Below, piece by piece: positions 1 through 11,238 of a DNA stretch of 64,000 nucleotides. The position numbers were made by a program, and so were the translations under genes. The stretch's first letter is position 1, and the number at the start of each line of letters is the position of its first letter. The DNA lies in assembly GCA_000004985.1 (NCBI GenBank), contig GG738862.1. The stretch is one strand, 5' to 3'. The notes below the pieces were generated by a model. It was not told where the DNA came from and made no database searches. It worked only from the letters and a program-made list of their open reading frames with translations. This DNA is from Naegleria gruberi. Taxonomy: Eukaryota.

Positions 1-1218
1 TCTTTCAATTCAAGCAAATTCAAAGAAGTTGACAGTATTTATGAGCACCTATTCGACATGGTTACTTGGTTGAACGAATTCAAATCATTTCTTCCAGAAA
101 ATGTGTTTAACCAATTGAAGAATTTCGAACAAGTTGAACGGAAATCTTCTCTATTCGAAAAGAAGGAATCATTTTCCAGAAATTCATCAGAATTTGGATC
201 TTCCAAGGTTGACAAACCGAATACTCTTCAAAACTCATCTGATTCCTCTTTGAAAGCTTCCAAAGTCATTTCTGGAAGTTTATTCAAATTAGGGTTAAAC
301 CATTCCAGATGTAGCGTTGTAAATGTCAAGCTATTTGGTTTCAATGAACAGGTTTCGACAAATGAAATTTCGAATATATTTTCCAAGATCGCTAATGGAC
401 TTTCAACTCTTTGCAAAACCATGCAAGTCTCGGATTTACTCATTTTTGGAATAGACGAATACCAACTCACTTTCGTCGATTCCAATAAGAAATGTGAAAT
501 GGCTTCCATTGAGGCAAGCTTAAAAATTAGCAAAATTCTAGATAATATTCTTGGAAAATCAGAGAAAAAAGTTAGTTATTGCATTGGAATTTTTACTGAC
601 ATGGCGTACATTGGAAATATTGGAAACCATTCTTTACGTTGCTATTCTGTGGTTGGTCCAATTGTTTCAAATGCTAGAAAATTGGCAATTTTTGGGCATA
701 CTCTTGATTGTAAAGTTTTGGTGGATAGTGGAACGTTATCACCTGTAGTAATAAGTCAATTTGTGATTAGACCAATTGACCGAATCGAAATGGAAGTTTT
801 CAATTCGAAAACTAAACAGATTATTTCAGTTCATGAAGTATTGAGGGAAAATTTGGTCAATCCTGATGAATGGCTTTATGAATTGGAACAATCGAATAGT
901 AATTCACAATTTAAAGTTTTACAAAATTCTTTCGTTTCGATATTTGAAGTGGAAACAGAAGAATCAAACTTTGTAGAGAAAGTCAGAGAAACAAGACGAA
1001 TCTTTCAAAGATACATTGATGAAAATCCTTCAGACATCTTGGCTTTCAATCGTTTGATTTATGTACTCAACTTTCTTCTAGATTATTCTGATGATTCGAA
1101 TGCTTCTCTTTTTGAATTGTTGAAAAATTACAAAACAGCACTCCACAGATCAGTCCAAACTCTTTCTCACCATAATTGTGAAGATGTTGAAATAACTCAT
1201 ATAAATTTTAAAGGTTAG
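1..1218 (+). CDS. Adenylate/guanylate cyclase-homology-domain protein, 5'-partial. The reading frame is open from base 1, so the gene starts upstream of the window.
   Basis: Class III cyclase-like motifs VVNVKLFGFN...GIDEYQL...GIFTDMAYIGNIGNHSLRCYSVVGPIVSNARKL, resembling the GIhtGpvvaGvvG...YdvwGdtVNlAsR consensus. The first metal-binding Asp position reads K, so the domain may be catalytically dead. No stop codon between base 1 and the ATG at 58. Confidence 0.5.
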   Translation, partial: SFNSSKFKEVDSIYEHLFDMVTWLNEFKSFLPENVFNQLKNFEQVERKSSLFEKKESFSRNSSEFGSSKVDKPNTLQNSSDSSLKASKVISGSLFKLGLNHSRCSVVNVKLFGFNEQVSTNEISNIFSKIANGLSTLCKTMQVSDLLIFGIDEYQLTFVDSNKKCEMASIEASLKISKILDNILGKSEKKVSYCIGIFTDMAYIGNIGNHSLRCYSVVGPIVSNARKLAIFGHTLDCKVLVDSGTLSPVVISQFVIRPIDRIEMEVFNSKTKQIISVHEVLRENLVNPDEWLYELEQSNSNSQFKVLQNSFVSIFEVETEESNFVEKVRETRRIFQRYIDENPSDILAFNRLIYVLNFLLDYSDDSNASLFELLKNYKTALHRSVQTLSHHNCEDVEITHINFKG

Positions 1219-1378
1219 TTTTTTTATTAGAAACATTAATTAATTCACTTCATTGAAGATCACTCAAAAGTTAATTATTAGAAAGGTTTTGAATCAGACT
1301 AATACAATTCCATCTTCAATGTAATCAACACTTTTCACATTTTCATTTTGGAATAACAAAATTAAAAATTGCTAGATT

Positions 1379-2398
1379 TTATTTCCTTTTTTTGGAATTG
1401 ACAAGATCATTTCCAAACGAGTCAATCATATATTTTTGAATTTCTTCATCGCTTTGTAATTCTTTTGATAGAAATCGAAATACCAAACGTTCCTTCCTGA
1501 CAGCTGTCAGAGCTATTTCTCTATCATTATTAAGGTGGATATCTAGCTGTTGGGTTGAATATTCATTAGGAAAAACTGCTTTCAACACTATTTCCTTATC
1601 CGCTTTAAGATTGTCACTCAAATGTCTTAGAAATTCCAAATTTAAATCATCATTAGATTTAGCAATAATTTTTAAAACGAAATCCTTATCTGATCTTAAT
1701 TCACTTGGAAAGAATTCAAAAGCTTTTGAATCTGCTTCAAATAAATCACTCACAAAATCCTTGTCACTGGTCAAATCAGAAGAAATATATTCAAGAACTA
1801 GTCCAATATCACCAAAACTTCTAGCAAGTAATAATACAAATTCTCTATCTGCTCTCAATTCACTGGAAGCATATTTAAACTGTAAATAATCTTTTTCAAA
1901 AGCTGCCATCACAACTTCCTTGTCATTTCTTAATCTGTTCGAGACAGCTCGCAACGGTTGACGTTTTTCTTTGAAATGAATTGAGAAAATTGCGAGAACA
2001 GCTGGTTTATGATCCCATAAATCGAATATAGAAACCATTTTTAGAATTGGGTTTTCAGTTGCATTGTGTTTGAAATTGGAATTGATCAAGTTGACTAAAA
2101 GTTTTGTAATTTGATTTCTGTTCCTTACAAGATCAAATCCTATAATGTTTAGGTGGTTTTTACCTCCCAAGAGGGAGAAACCTTGCATGGTATGTACAAT
2201 TAAAGTCACTTCATATTTCTTTGGCTTGCCAGATAATTTACGAAACAACATTTCGGATTTAATATTCGAATCCAGGATTAAAATGACAAGAAACCCACCA
2301 GTTAAATTATCAATATTCGACAGCATGGGTTGGTTGTCCTGATGTTGAATTATTTTTTTAAACTGGAAATTGAACAAAACATTGTTAAATAAATTCAT
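1379..2398 (-). CDS. DUF4116-like repeat protein
   Basis: 339-aa ORF with repeated ~35-aa units of the form ELR(A/S)D(R/K)EFVL/DKDFVL/DKEIVL/DREIAL, the pattern typical of DUF4116 repeats. Confidence 0.45.
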   Translation of the reverse strand: MNLFNNVLFNFQFKKIIQHQDNQPMLSNIDNLTGGFLVILILDSNIKSEMLFRKLSGKPKKYEVTLIVHTMQGFSLLGGKNHLNIIGFDLVRNRNQITKLLVNLINSNFKHNATENPILKMVSIFDLWDHKPAVLAIFSIHFKEKRQPLRAVSNRLRNDKEVVMAAFEKDYLQFKYASSELRADREFVLLLARSFGDIGLVLEYISSDLTSDKDFVSDLFEADSKAFEFFPSELRSDKDFVLKIIAKSNDDLNLEFLRHLSDNLKADKEIVLKAVFPNEYSTQQLDIHLNNDREIALTAVRKERLVFRFLSKELQSDEEIQKYMIDSFGNDLVNSKKRK

Positions 2399-2600
2399 TT
2401 GTAAAAAAGGAACAAATTTGAAATTCCACTCGTGTTGCCTAACAACTATTTGGGATTCATCTGAAAATTTATCTGGAGAAATAATGAGTTAACTTCATGT
2501 TAAAATTCTATTCTTCGAACAGCTCTATTAGAAAGTTGATACCATCTGTTCTTTTGAACTTGCACTTGCAGATATAATTAACTTTGAATCGAATAAAAAA

Positions 2601-3062
2601 ATGACTAAAAAGAAACAAGCTACTCCCACACCAACCACTTTTGCACCTCCCCAATTAAACGATTTTCTAATTCATAATTTTTGTATCGGAAGAGAAACCA
2701 CATCAAATGGTGCTTTAAAGTTAATCAGCTACGGAGATTGGGGATTAGCAATTTACCGAACTCCGATTGGTGTAAAATTTGGAGTTCATTCATCAGAGGA
2801 TTTTATTACTCAATTCTTGAATGAAGATTATTTGAGAGAGGACGAAAGAGAAGTATACGAAAGTATCGACCTAATGAGTATGTTAGAAATAATGCCAATT
2901 GAATTGGAAGAATTGAAATCTGCCAAATCAAAGATTAAAACATTTGAAGGTTTACCAGAAAAGTTTGGGAAATGCATTAGAACTTGTTGTAATGGAAATA
3001 ACAAATGTTTTGTTGGAATTGCAAATGCACATGTTTACTGTTTTGATTATGGAACTTCTTAA
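2601..3062 (+). CDS. Hypothetical protein (153 aa), Cys-rich C-terminus
   Basis: Clean ORF with an ATG start in a gene-dense region. No recognisable domain. Confidence 0.3.
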   Translation: MTKKKQATPTPTTFAPPQLNDFLIHNFCIGRETTSNGALKLISYGDWGLAIYRTPIGVKFGVHSSEDFITQFLNEDYLREDEREVYESIDLMSMLEIMPIELEELKSAKSKIKTFEGLPEKFGKCIRTCCNGNNKCFVGIANAHVYCFDYGTS

Positions 3063-3199
3063 ATATTTGTATGAAATTGATGAATAAATTGTAAAGTGCC
3101 TAGTTAACTTATTGATTGTACCCGCCGTGCTATGTTTGTGTTATTCTAAAGATAGATTTACTTCATATTGTTGAAGAGTGAAAGATTAAGGAAGTGAAT

Positions 3200-3318
3200 G
3201 GCTACGGCCATATCACGATGAATGCACCTCATCCCGTCCGATTTGAGAAGTTAAGCATCGTCGAGCCACATCAGTACTGAGGTTGGAGACAACTTGGGAA
3301 CCTGTGGTGCTGTAGTCT
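3200..3318 (+). rRNA. 5S ribosomal RNA gene
   Basis: GGCTACGGCCATATCACG...CATCCCGTCCGATTTGAGAAGTTAAGC...GGGAACCTGTGGTGCTGTAGTC, about 118 nt. The 5' end pairs with the 3' end as helix I. A Pol III T-run terminator (TTTTT) follows immediately. The same unit, including a ~35-bp upstream box, recurs at 20679 and 25039. Confidence 0.85.
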
Positions 3319-3946
3319 TTTTATCTTTTCTTTTACCACAGACTTGCTCCCAATCTTGAGCTTTTGGAATTTTGATGTAGCTTCAGGTTTGCCTTGTATT
3401 GGTTTCAGTTGGCATTGGATCTTCACCGCAGCAAAATTCCAACACACACAAAATTTCTATTATTTAACAGAGCGAGAAATCATACCAGATGATCCTCACA
3501 GGAAAAAATTGAGAAGGAGGGCAACAACCACTTTGATTATTGACCAAATTCTGGCTACTCATCCTCTGAGTGCAAGGAGGAGAGTTTCCAGATTCACAGT
3601 TCAGTCTGCATGATCACTGAAATGTCCTTCAAGGTAAGTATGAAGAAAGAAAAGAGTGTAAATTCGAACAAATCTTATAAGCCTTTCTAGATGTATGGTT
3701 TTTGAGAACTGAATTATGGTCGTTGTTTGTTATTTTATGATTTAACTTCTCTGAGATAGTTGAACATGAAGTAAACACAGAGTTGATAAATTACATTGAA
3801 ATTTAAGTAGGACGTGTATTGAACAAAAGTTCAACGTAGAAAATAAGGGGTCAAAAAAACTCAACTGTGTGCTTTATTGAATATTTACATTTTGATTTTA
3901 TTTACAATGAATGCCTAGGTTTACAAAATTTTGAGTTAAATGGAGA

Positions 3947-4156
3947 TTACCACATTTTGAATTGTTTGTTTCTCATTTCTAAAGTATTATGTGATTGAGA
4001 TTTAGAAGTTTTGCTTGTTTCAATAGAATTCAATGTTTTGTAATCAATTAAATTTCTTCTTCTTGTTCCACCAACAATATTATCCAGAGAAATTTCGGAA
4101 TTAAATTGTGAAGTATTATTGGAGGAATTATACATATTTCTTCTTGTTGAGACCAT
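3947..4156 (-). CDS. Small basic Ser/Asn-rich protein (69 aa); paralog of the 4355 ORF
   Basis: Shares the motif NI(V/I)(G/S)GTR(R/H)RN(L/N)IDY(K/H) and nucleotide-level similarity (ggaacaaga...attgatta) with the divergently oriented ORF at 4355. Confidence 0.3.
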   Translation of the reverse strand: MVSTRRNMYNSSNNTSQFNSEISLDNIVGGTRRRNLIDYKTLNSIETSKTSKSQSHNTLEMRNKQFKMW

Positions 4157-4354
4157 TTTCTTATTGTTATTTTCTTTTGTTGGTTTTCATTAAATTTCTT
4201 TCATCAAAATATTAAATTCTTGTGATGAATGGAAAATCCACTAAAAATCGGAATCACAAAATTAGTGGAAATCATCATGGAAATAAATAGATAATTGTTT
4301 TGGATGATGATATTTCCACAACAAAATAACTAAATAACAAAAACTAAGAGCAAA

Positions 4355-4651
4355 ATGCCAGCTAGAAATACTTCATCAAATTCTTCAAATTCTTCCGGAG
4401 ATAGAATTCCAACAAAAACAGAATGGACAAGATCAAAACCAATTGATTTATCTAAAAGATTACCATTATTTGATATTGATACATCTAATATTATAAGTGG
4501 AACAAGACATCGTAATAATATTGATTATCATCATGCAAATTTAAATGGTAAACAAATTTCAGTGAAAAGATCTTCGAAAAATTCAATTGAAAAGAGAGCT
4601 AAACAATCAAACACCACAAATAAGAAGATTACCAAATCGAAAAAGATGTAA
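4355..4651 (+). CDS. Small basic Ser/Asn-rich protein (98 aa); paralog of the 3947 ORF
   Basis: ATG start. Shares the GTRHRNNIDY motif with the 3947 ORF. Lys-rich tail. Confidence 0.35.
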   Translation: MPARNTSSNSSNSSGDRIPTKTEWTRSKPIDLSKRLPLFDIDTSNIISGTRHRNNIDYHHANLNGKQISVKRSSKNSIEKRAKQSNTTNKKITKSKKM

Positions 4652-5262
4652 ATTACAACTTGTAAATAATTCAGTAAATTGTAATTTGTAAATAAAATGT
4701 TTGAAATTTATGAAGTTTCAATTTCGAATTGATAAGAATAAGAGAAACCAAAATTTGCATCAAGCAATTCAACATGTGGAATGTTCAATAAATACGAAGG
4801 TGATCAACCCTACCAATTTCTTCAACAAACCTTACTGAACCAACAAGATTCGTCTAGTTGCCTTCACTGTTCATACAGTCAAAGACTGTAGCGGGATTGT
4901 CGCCATATTCCTGGCAGGCTTCCCGTCCAAAATTAATAATTGAAATTTCTCTATTAACACAGCTTCTAAGTAGCGATCTTTTATTTGGAGGCATGGTTGT
5001 TGTCTACAATCAACTTTGGGTGGTAATACCACATTGTCAGTTAGTGTTGGTGGTTCAGGAATTGTTAAAGTTATTGATAACTATAAGGATATTGTTCATC
5101 CAATATGATCAAACTCCATTGAAATAGTTAATAATTTAGTTGCAAATTAGATATTTGTTATAAACCTTTTATAATCTCAGGTTTCCAATAAAAAACAAAG
5201 TCCATATGTTGATTAATGATTTTTAATAGCATCTCAATAAAAATCAATAAAACATGCAATAA

Positions 5263-5377
5263 AAGACTACAGCACCACAGGTTCCCACTATCCCTTTTGT
5301 TCAGTTTATTAAGGTAATTGATGGCTATGGCCATATCACGATGAATGCACCTCATCCCGTCCGATTTGAGAAGTTAA
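5263..5377. pseudogene. Rearranged 5S rRNA-derived fragment. The 3'-terminal ~25 nt lie in minus orientation at 5263-5287 and the 5' ~55 nt in plus orientation at 5323-5377.
   Basis: aaaagactacagcaccacaggttccc is the reverse complement of the 5S 3' end. ggctatggccatatcacgatgaatgcacctcatcccgtccgatttgagaagttaa is the 5S 5' half, and homology stops abruptly after gaagttaa. Confidence 0.6.
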
Positions 5378-5539
5378 AAGGCAAACAATAATTTTTCAAT
5401 CTTTGGAAATTCAATTTAATAGTTCTACCACTGAATCGATTATTTGAAAAGTTACTTTGAGGTTTTCTGAATAGGTTTTTGATAATGATTCCTTTTTTTT
5501 CAAATCCAATAGCAACAAAGTATGAATGATTTTTGACTC

Positions 5540-6715
5540 TTATTTGGTTTCTGTTAAATTCCTGTAAGCCCATCTCACAATGGCATTTACAACATTACTA
5601 TCGATTCCTTGTATTTGTTTACATGCATGTTCAATTTTTTCTTCTTTTTCTCCTTTAAAGGATATTAAGGCATCCACAACATTTTCCAAATCATATCCAC
5701 AAACCATTTTTGACTGAAGGTCTTCCTCATTGATCCCAACTCCTACATCATAGTCTATCAAAACCATTCTCATTTGTTCCCTTCTCCACGATTTTGGTTT
5801 GCTTTTATCAAGTTTGAATTCAGAAATTTCTAAAAAACTTGTTGCCCTTTGCAAAGTCCCCTCAACTTTGGTTTGCTCTTCTAGTTGTAATTTCATTAAT
5901 TGTAATTTTGACTCAAGACTTGCAACCCTTATTGATGTGTTGTTTTGGGCACGCTCTTTTCGTTTTCGTTTCGTTTTTGTATATTTAAATTCTTTGCTTG
6001 ATTCAGAAAGACCCTCTGAAGAGGAGGTTAGTGGTTCTGAAAGATAGTCTAGGAGTGCTTCAACATTTGAAGTATATCTTTTAATGGCTTCCCAAGATGA
6101 ATGCCTTGAAATATTGCCCTTACCACCCCAAATTCTTTTATAAAACGAAAGAGGTTTATCATTACAGGAATGGATCTGTTCAATACTTGGTATAGTAATT
6201 ACATCTTCTGTTAATGTGACAGAATTATCCTGTCTGCTTTCTTTGACAATGTTAAATCTGTGATGACCAAAGGTTGCAGGTTCTTTGACACAGAATTCAA
6301 TGGGGTAATCAGCTATCCAGCTATTATACAACAACATTAAAAAGGTTTTAATCTTTCTCCTGCTCCTCGAAAAGCATAATACTTTGATAAACGAAGAGGC
6401 ATCTTGTATTTGAGTTGATGGTGGTGAACAATAAATTCTCGACACCTCACCATAAACATCCGCATGCACAGCTAGTGCTCTAATATATCTCTTAACCTGT
6501 GTTTCCCGAGGAATATGTATAAAAAACGACAAGTGGGTTGGCAATTTATCTATTGCTTCTGTCAATGAAACAAGCGCTTCATTTCCGTTCTCCTCTGTAA
6601 TGGTAACATATTGTTCACTCATTTTCTGTAGTTTTGGATTAATTAGATAAAATGGCGGTAAACTTGTTTGGCATTTTTTTACAAATGAAAGTTTGTTAAG
6701 CTTAAGGTTTTGCAA
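5540..6715 (-). CDS. Hypothetical protein (391 aa), possibly with a UBA/CUE-like C-terminal helix bundle
   Basis: Long intact ORF with an ATG start. Basic KRKRK stretch followed by coiled coil. C-terminal MVCGYDLENVVDALISFKG...VVNAIVRWA looks weakly UBA-like. Confidence 0.45.
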   Translation of the reverse strand: MQNLKLNKLSFVKKCQTSLPPFYLINPKLQKMSEQYVTITEENGNEALVSLTEAIDKLPTHLSFFIHIPRETQVKRYIRALAVHADVYGEVSRIYCSPPSTQIQDASSFIKVLCFSRSRRKIKTFLMLLYNSWIADYPIEFCVKEPATFGHHRFNIVKESRQDNSVTLTEDVITIPSIEQIHSCNDKPLSFYKRIWGGKGNISRHSSWEAIKRYTSNVEALLDYLSEPLTSSSEGLSESSKEFKYTKTKRKRKERAQNNTSIRVASLESKLQLMKLQLEEQTKVEGTLQRATSFLEISEFKLDKSKPKSWRREQMRMVLIDYDVGVGINEEDLQSKMVCGYDLENVVDALISFKGEKEEKIEHACKQIQGIDSNVVNAIVRWAYRNLTETK

Positions 6716-7244
6716 TTCGTAAAATAGAGTTTGGTTAAGGTCTGACTTTTGCTAAATTCACTGCATAATAGCCTATATTTTCAGTAAGGAAATTTACTTT
6801 ATTCTACTCTTCCAAATATTCTATCTTCCCAATCATTAAATAAATTCTCCTTCATCGTAATCACCTAGTCTAGGATGAACCACAAGTGAAAAATCACCAC
6901 AATGATTTCCGTCCACCTGAATTCTCTTTTGAAGTACTTTCCTCACATAAATTGGGGTGATAATTCAAATAATTGGAAACTTTTGATGATCCACCAATTA
7001 CGAAAACGAATGGTAGAGGAGCAATTAATATTTACAGATTGGAGCTCTTAATTCCCCCTTATCAAAAACATGGTGAATTATCCTTCTCTCTGAATGATAC
7101 CATTCAAGTTAATTCTTCATATAATTCAAATTGTTGCTATCATCATTATATTGGTCATAAGGTTCTGGTCTTTTTTTCATCAGCTGAGATTTTGATTAAG
7201 GGGAGATTCCTCAAATCAGCAAACAAATTAAACTCTCAAAAAAA

Positions 7245-10200
7245 ATGCGACCTCTCTTTTCCATTCGCTCTGACATTGTTCGGCACTTTTCTTCTGCTAT
7301 CCGACCTTTCTTTAATTCGGCAGAAAAACTGTTCAGAGAAATAATGAAACCACATTTAACCTTTGAAGAATGCGCAAGTCTGTATGCGAATACGAACACA
7401 AAATCAATGAGTCTTGCAACCCTTATGATTACTTTGTGCTCTAAGCATAAACGGTCCGAAGTGGAAAGAAGGAAATATATTGATGAATTGAAAAATATTA
7501 TTCATCATTTTGATGAAGGCTCTGCCACTATTAGAACCATTGATATTGCCATTTCTACATTAGTGCATGAAGAAGGCTATGATGAAGTTGTAACTCTTGT
7601 TAGAAAACTTGGAAATTCATCACTTGCTTCTCTGAAGAGTTTTAGATTGGATCAAATCTTAAAAGTTCTCTCAAGTTATCCGAATGATTTTGAATTGGAT
7701 ATTGCCAAACATATATTTTCTGTTTTACTTGAAAGAAAACAAGTCAGTTTATACGCCTACAATTACTATGCACAGTGTTTGTTTAAATATAATTTTGAAG
7801 AGGGGATGACATTATTACATGAAATGAATGCTCAAAAAATCAAAATTTTTGATAATCTGTTTATTTCCTCATTGACTTTCTCTTTAAAGAAAAACAAACA
7901 AAAAGAAAGTAGAATGATTTGCTCAATGATTGAACATTCCAAAACTACCAACAAAGTGCTATTAACCACAATGGTGAATTTTTATAACAAATGTGAAGAC
8001 TATGATAAGGCAATTGAAATTACTAGAAACGTTAGCAGTGATGGATTGGATACAACTTCATATAATTGTTTAATTCAATCCTATATTGGAAAAAGTGATT
8101 TAAATAGAGCAATAGAGATGCTTGCTGAAATGCAACAGCAAAATATTTCACCCGACTCGGCCACATTTACAATTATTTTAACTGCTTGTGCTGACAGTAA
8201 GAATTACGAACAAGGGTTGAAAGTACTTTAGTTAGAGAACAAAATCGAGCACATCATCTATGAGATTTGAATCAATGATTAATTTCTATAACAAATGTGA
8301 AAAATATGATAAGGCCATTGAATTATTTGATAGCGTTCCAAAAGATAGAGTAGATACGACATCATATAATTGTGTAATTCAATCCTATATTGGAAAAGGT
8401 GATTTAAATGGAGCAATAGAAATACTTGCTGAAATGCAACATCTAAATATTTTACCTAACTCTACAACATTGCTATTATTTTAACTGCTTGTGCTGACAG
8501 CAAGAATTATGAGCAAGGATTGAGGGTGTTGAATATAGTTGGAGAGAACAAACTTTCAAGTAATCATTAGATAACCTCAATGATTAATTTCTATAACAAA
8601 TGTGAAAAATATGATAAGGCCATTGAATTATTTGATAGCGTTCCAAAAGATAGAGTAGATACGACATTATCACAATTGTGTAATTCAATCCTATATTGGA
8701 AAAGGTGATTTAAATGGAGCAATAGAAATACTTGATGAAATGCAACATCTAAATATTTTACCTAACTCTACAACGATGGCTATTATTTTAACTGCTTGTG
8801 CTGACAGCAAGAATTATGAGCAAGGATTGAGGGCGTTGAATATAGTTGGAGAAAGCAAACTTTCTAGTACTCATTGATGACCTCAATGATTAATTTCTAT
8901 AACAAATGTGAAAAATTTGATAAGGCCATTGAATTATTTGATAGCGTTCCAAAAGATAGAGTAGATACGACATCATATAATTGTGTAATTCAATCCTATA
9001 TTGGAAAAGGTGATTTAAATAGAGCAATAGAAATACTTGATGAAATGCAACATCTAAATATTTTACCTAACTCTACAACGATGACCATTATTTTAACAGC
9101 TTGTGCTGACAGCAAGAATTATGAGCAAGGATTGAGGGTGTTGAATATAGTTGGAGAAAGCAAACTTTCTAGTACTCAGTTGATGACCTCAATGATTAAT
9201 TTCTATAACAAATGTGAAAAATTTGATAAGGCCATTGAATTATTTGATAGCGTTCCAAAAGATAGATTAGATACAAGTTTTCACAACTGTTTAATTCAAT
9301 CCTATATTGGAAAAGGTGATTTGGATAGAGCATTTAGTATTTTTAATCACATGAAGGAATACTGTTCTATTCAACCTATTATCCCTGATACAACTACGTA
9401 TTTGGTGTTATTGACAGGTTGTGCAGACAGAGAATCTCTGAGCAAGGATTGAGGGTGTTGAATATAGTTGGAGAAAGCAAACTTTCTAGTACTCAGTTGA
9501 TGACCTCAATGATTAATTTCTATAACAAATGTGAAAAATTTGATAAGGCCATTGAATTATTTGATAGCGTTCCAAAAGATAGATTAGATACAAGTTTTCA
9601 CAACTGTTTAATTCAATCCTATATTGGAAAAGGTGATTTGGATAGAGCATTTAGTATTTTTAATCACATGAAGGAATACTGTTCTATTCAACCTATTATC
9701 CCTGATACAACTACGTATTTGGTGTTATTGATAGGTTGTGCAGATTTAGTATCTCCAACCAAAGGAAAAACATTAATTAAAGAGATACAAGAAAAACAAC
9801 TAGATAGTTCTGAGATGATCAAATCTGCAATGTTGACATTCTATTCCAAAACTTGCAACCAGAAAAAGACAACCGAAATATTAACAGATATACTAAGCAG
9901 CAACCCCTCCATTATGTCATATAATTGTATTTTAGCAAGTTATGCTCGTCATGGACAGGGTAAAAAAGCTTTGAATTTATTCAAGTCTATGGTTAAAAAC
10001 AGTGTACAACCTAATGGAGATACTATCACAATTATTTTGAATGCCTTGTCACATAGTGGAATGGTTGAAGAGGCCATAAAGATTTACAGCACAATAGAGA
10101 CACTCAAAATAATCCCATCACCATCCCATAAAACAGTAATGGTTGATGTTTTTGCGAGGGCTGGATTATTTAATGAAGCTGAACAGCTCATTGGAGACAG

Positions 10201-10828
10201 TACTGAGGCAATACTATGGCGAACACTCATGGCAGGATGTAGAAAGCATAATAATATAGAGATAGCAGAAAAAATATTCGAAATTTTAACAAAAATAGAA
10301 CCAACCGATCCATCTCCTTACATACTGCTATCAAATATTTACATGTTTAAAGGAAATAATACTAAGGCAAGTGAAATAAGAGGTTTGATGGTACAACAAG
10401 GCATTAAAAAAATTCCTGGAATTGTTTATAGTGAAGATAAAGGTACAACCTATCAATTCATTTCTGGTTCCAGTAATTACCCATTGTTTACAGAAGTGGA
10501 GAATAAGCGAAAAGAGATTTATCAAAAAATTATTGGTGCTGGTTATGTATCAGATACTAGATGGGTTACAAACGCTCAACTAATATCTGAGGAGGAAAAG
10601 ATTGATTCTTTATGCAGACACGCAGAAAAAATAGCAATCTCCCATGCTTTTGTTTTGCAACCAAATAGAAAAAAGATACTTTTAACAAGTAATTTGAGAG
10701 TTTGTAATGACTGTCACAATGCCATAGCTTACATTTCAAAAGAAATGAATGTGGAAATAGTTGTAAGAGATGCAAACAGATATCATCACTTCAAAAATGG
10801 TAAATGTAGCTGCAATGATTATTGGTAA
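7245..10828 (+). CDS. PPR (pentatricopeptide repeat) protein with C-terminal E/DYW deaminase domain. The tandem array is interrupted by stops or frameshifts at three unit junctions; the terminal ORF 9419-10828 is intact.
   Basis: Repeated ~35-aa PPR helices (SYNCVIQSYIGKGDLNRAIEILDEMQ...). C-terminus HAEKIAISHAFVLQPNRKKILLTSNLRVCNDCHNAIAYISKEMNVEIVVRDANRYHHFKNGKCSCNDYW matches the plant DYW consensus HSEKLA...RVCxDCH...RFHHFxxGxCSCxDYW. Confidence 0.85.
7950..9520 (+). repeat. Tandem array of about five near-identical ~300-bp units, each encoding ~3 PPR motifs, inside the PPR-DYW locus
   Basis: Units begin near 7950, 8260, 8570, 8874, 9180 and 9470 (MTSMINFYNKCEKFDKAIELFDSVPKDR...EQGLRVLNIVGESKLSSTQL). 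Lesions sit at the same junction position: TAG at 8230, TAG at ~8565, and a 1-nt deletion at ~8868. Confidence 0.8.
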
Positions 10829-11238
10829 TCTTCTTATTAGTGAGAGATTCTGTTCTATTGAATTTTTCGAAGAGCTTTTGTTTTTTTTTTGTTTATTCAA
10901 TTTCTAACTCAGCAAGTGATCAATCAAAGAATCAATTTCTTGCATCAATTTGTTAGAAAGTTTCATTTTTCTTTCTCCTTTTAAAATCACAATGATAACA
11001 ATACTACAATCGTAAATGCTTTTGTTTCTCTCAAACGAAATGGCAACTGAGAATGGTAGAATAAATCCTTCTGAAACATAATATGCATACACCAACTCCA
11101 ACGACTGAAAACTGATCCATTAATTGAATTGACAAATACTGTTTCTTCGATATTCAATCTATCGAAACAATACAAATCCAAAATCAATGCTCTTCTTCCT
11201 TAATAATCTGTTGCTTCCGCTCTTTTATTTTGTAAGGA

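Noticed and set aside
5263-5377. A complete fourth 5S rRNA gene
   Set aside because: Only the 5' ~55 nt and an inverted 3' ~25-nt piece are present. The central ~40 nt are missing and the pieces are in opposite orientations, so it is a fragment or pseudogene rather than a functional gene.
6973-7399. ORFs 6973-7344 and 7211-7399 upstream of or overlapping the PPR gene start
   Set aside because: They are short, overlap each other and the PPR ORF in other frames, and have no motifs. They are likely spurious readings of the 5' UTR or promoter region.
7950-9520. Regularly spaced ~300-bp direct repeats that could superficially suggest a CRISPR-like or satellite array
   Set aside because: The repeats are protein-coding PPR units, in frame and encoding helical hairpins, inside a eukaryotic gene. 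The unit is far longer than a CRISPR repeat, there are no unique spacers, and there are no cas genes.
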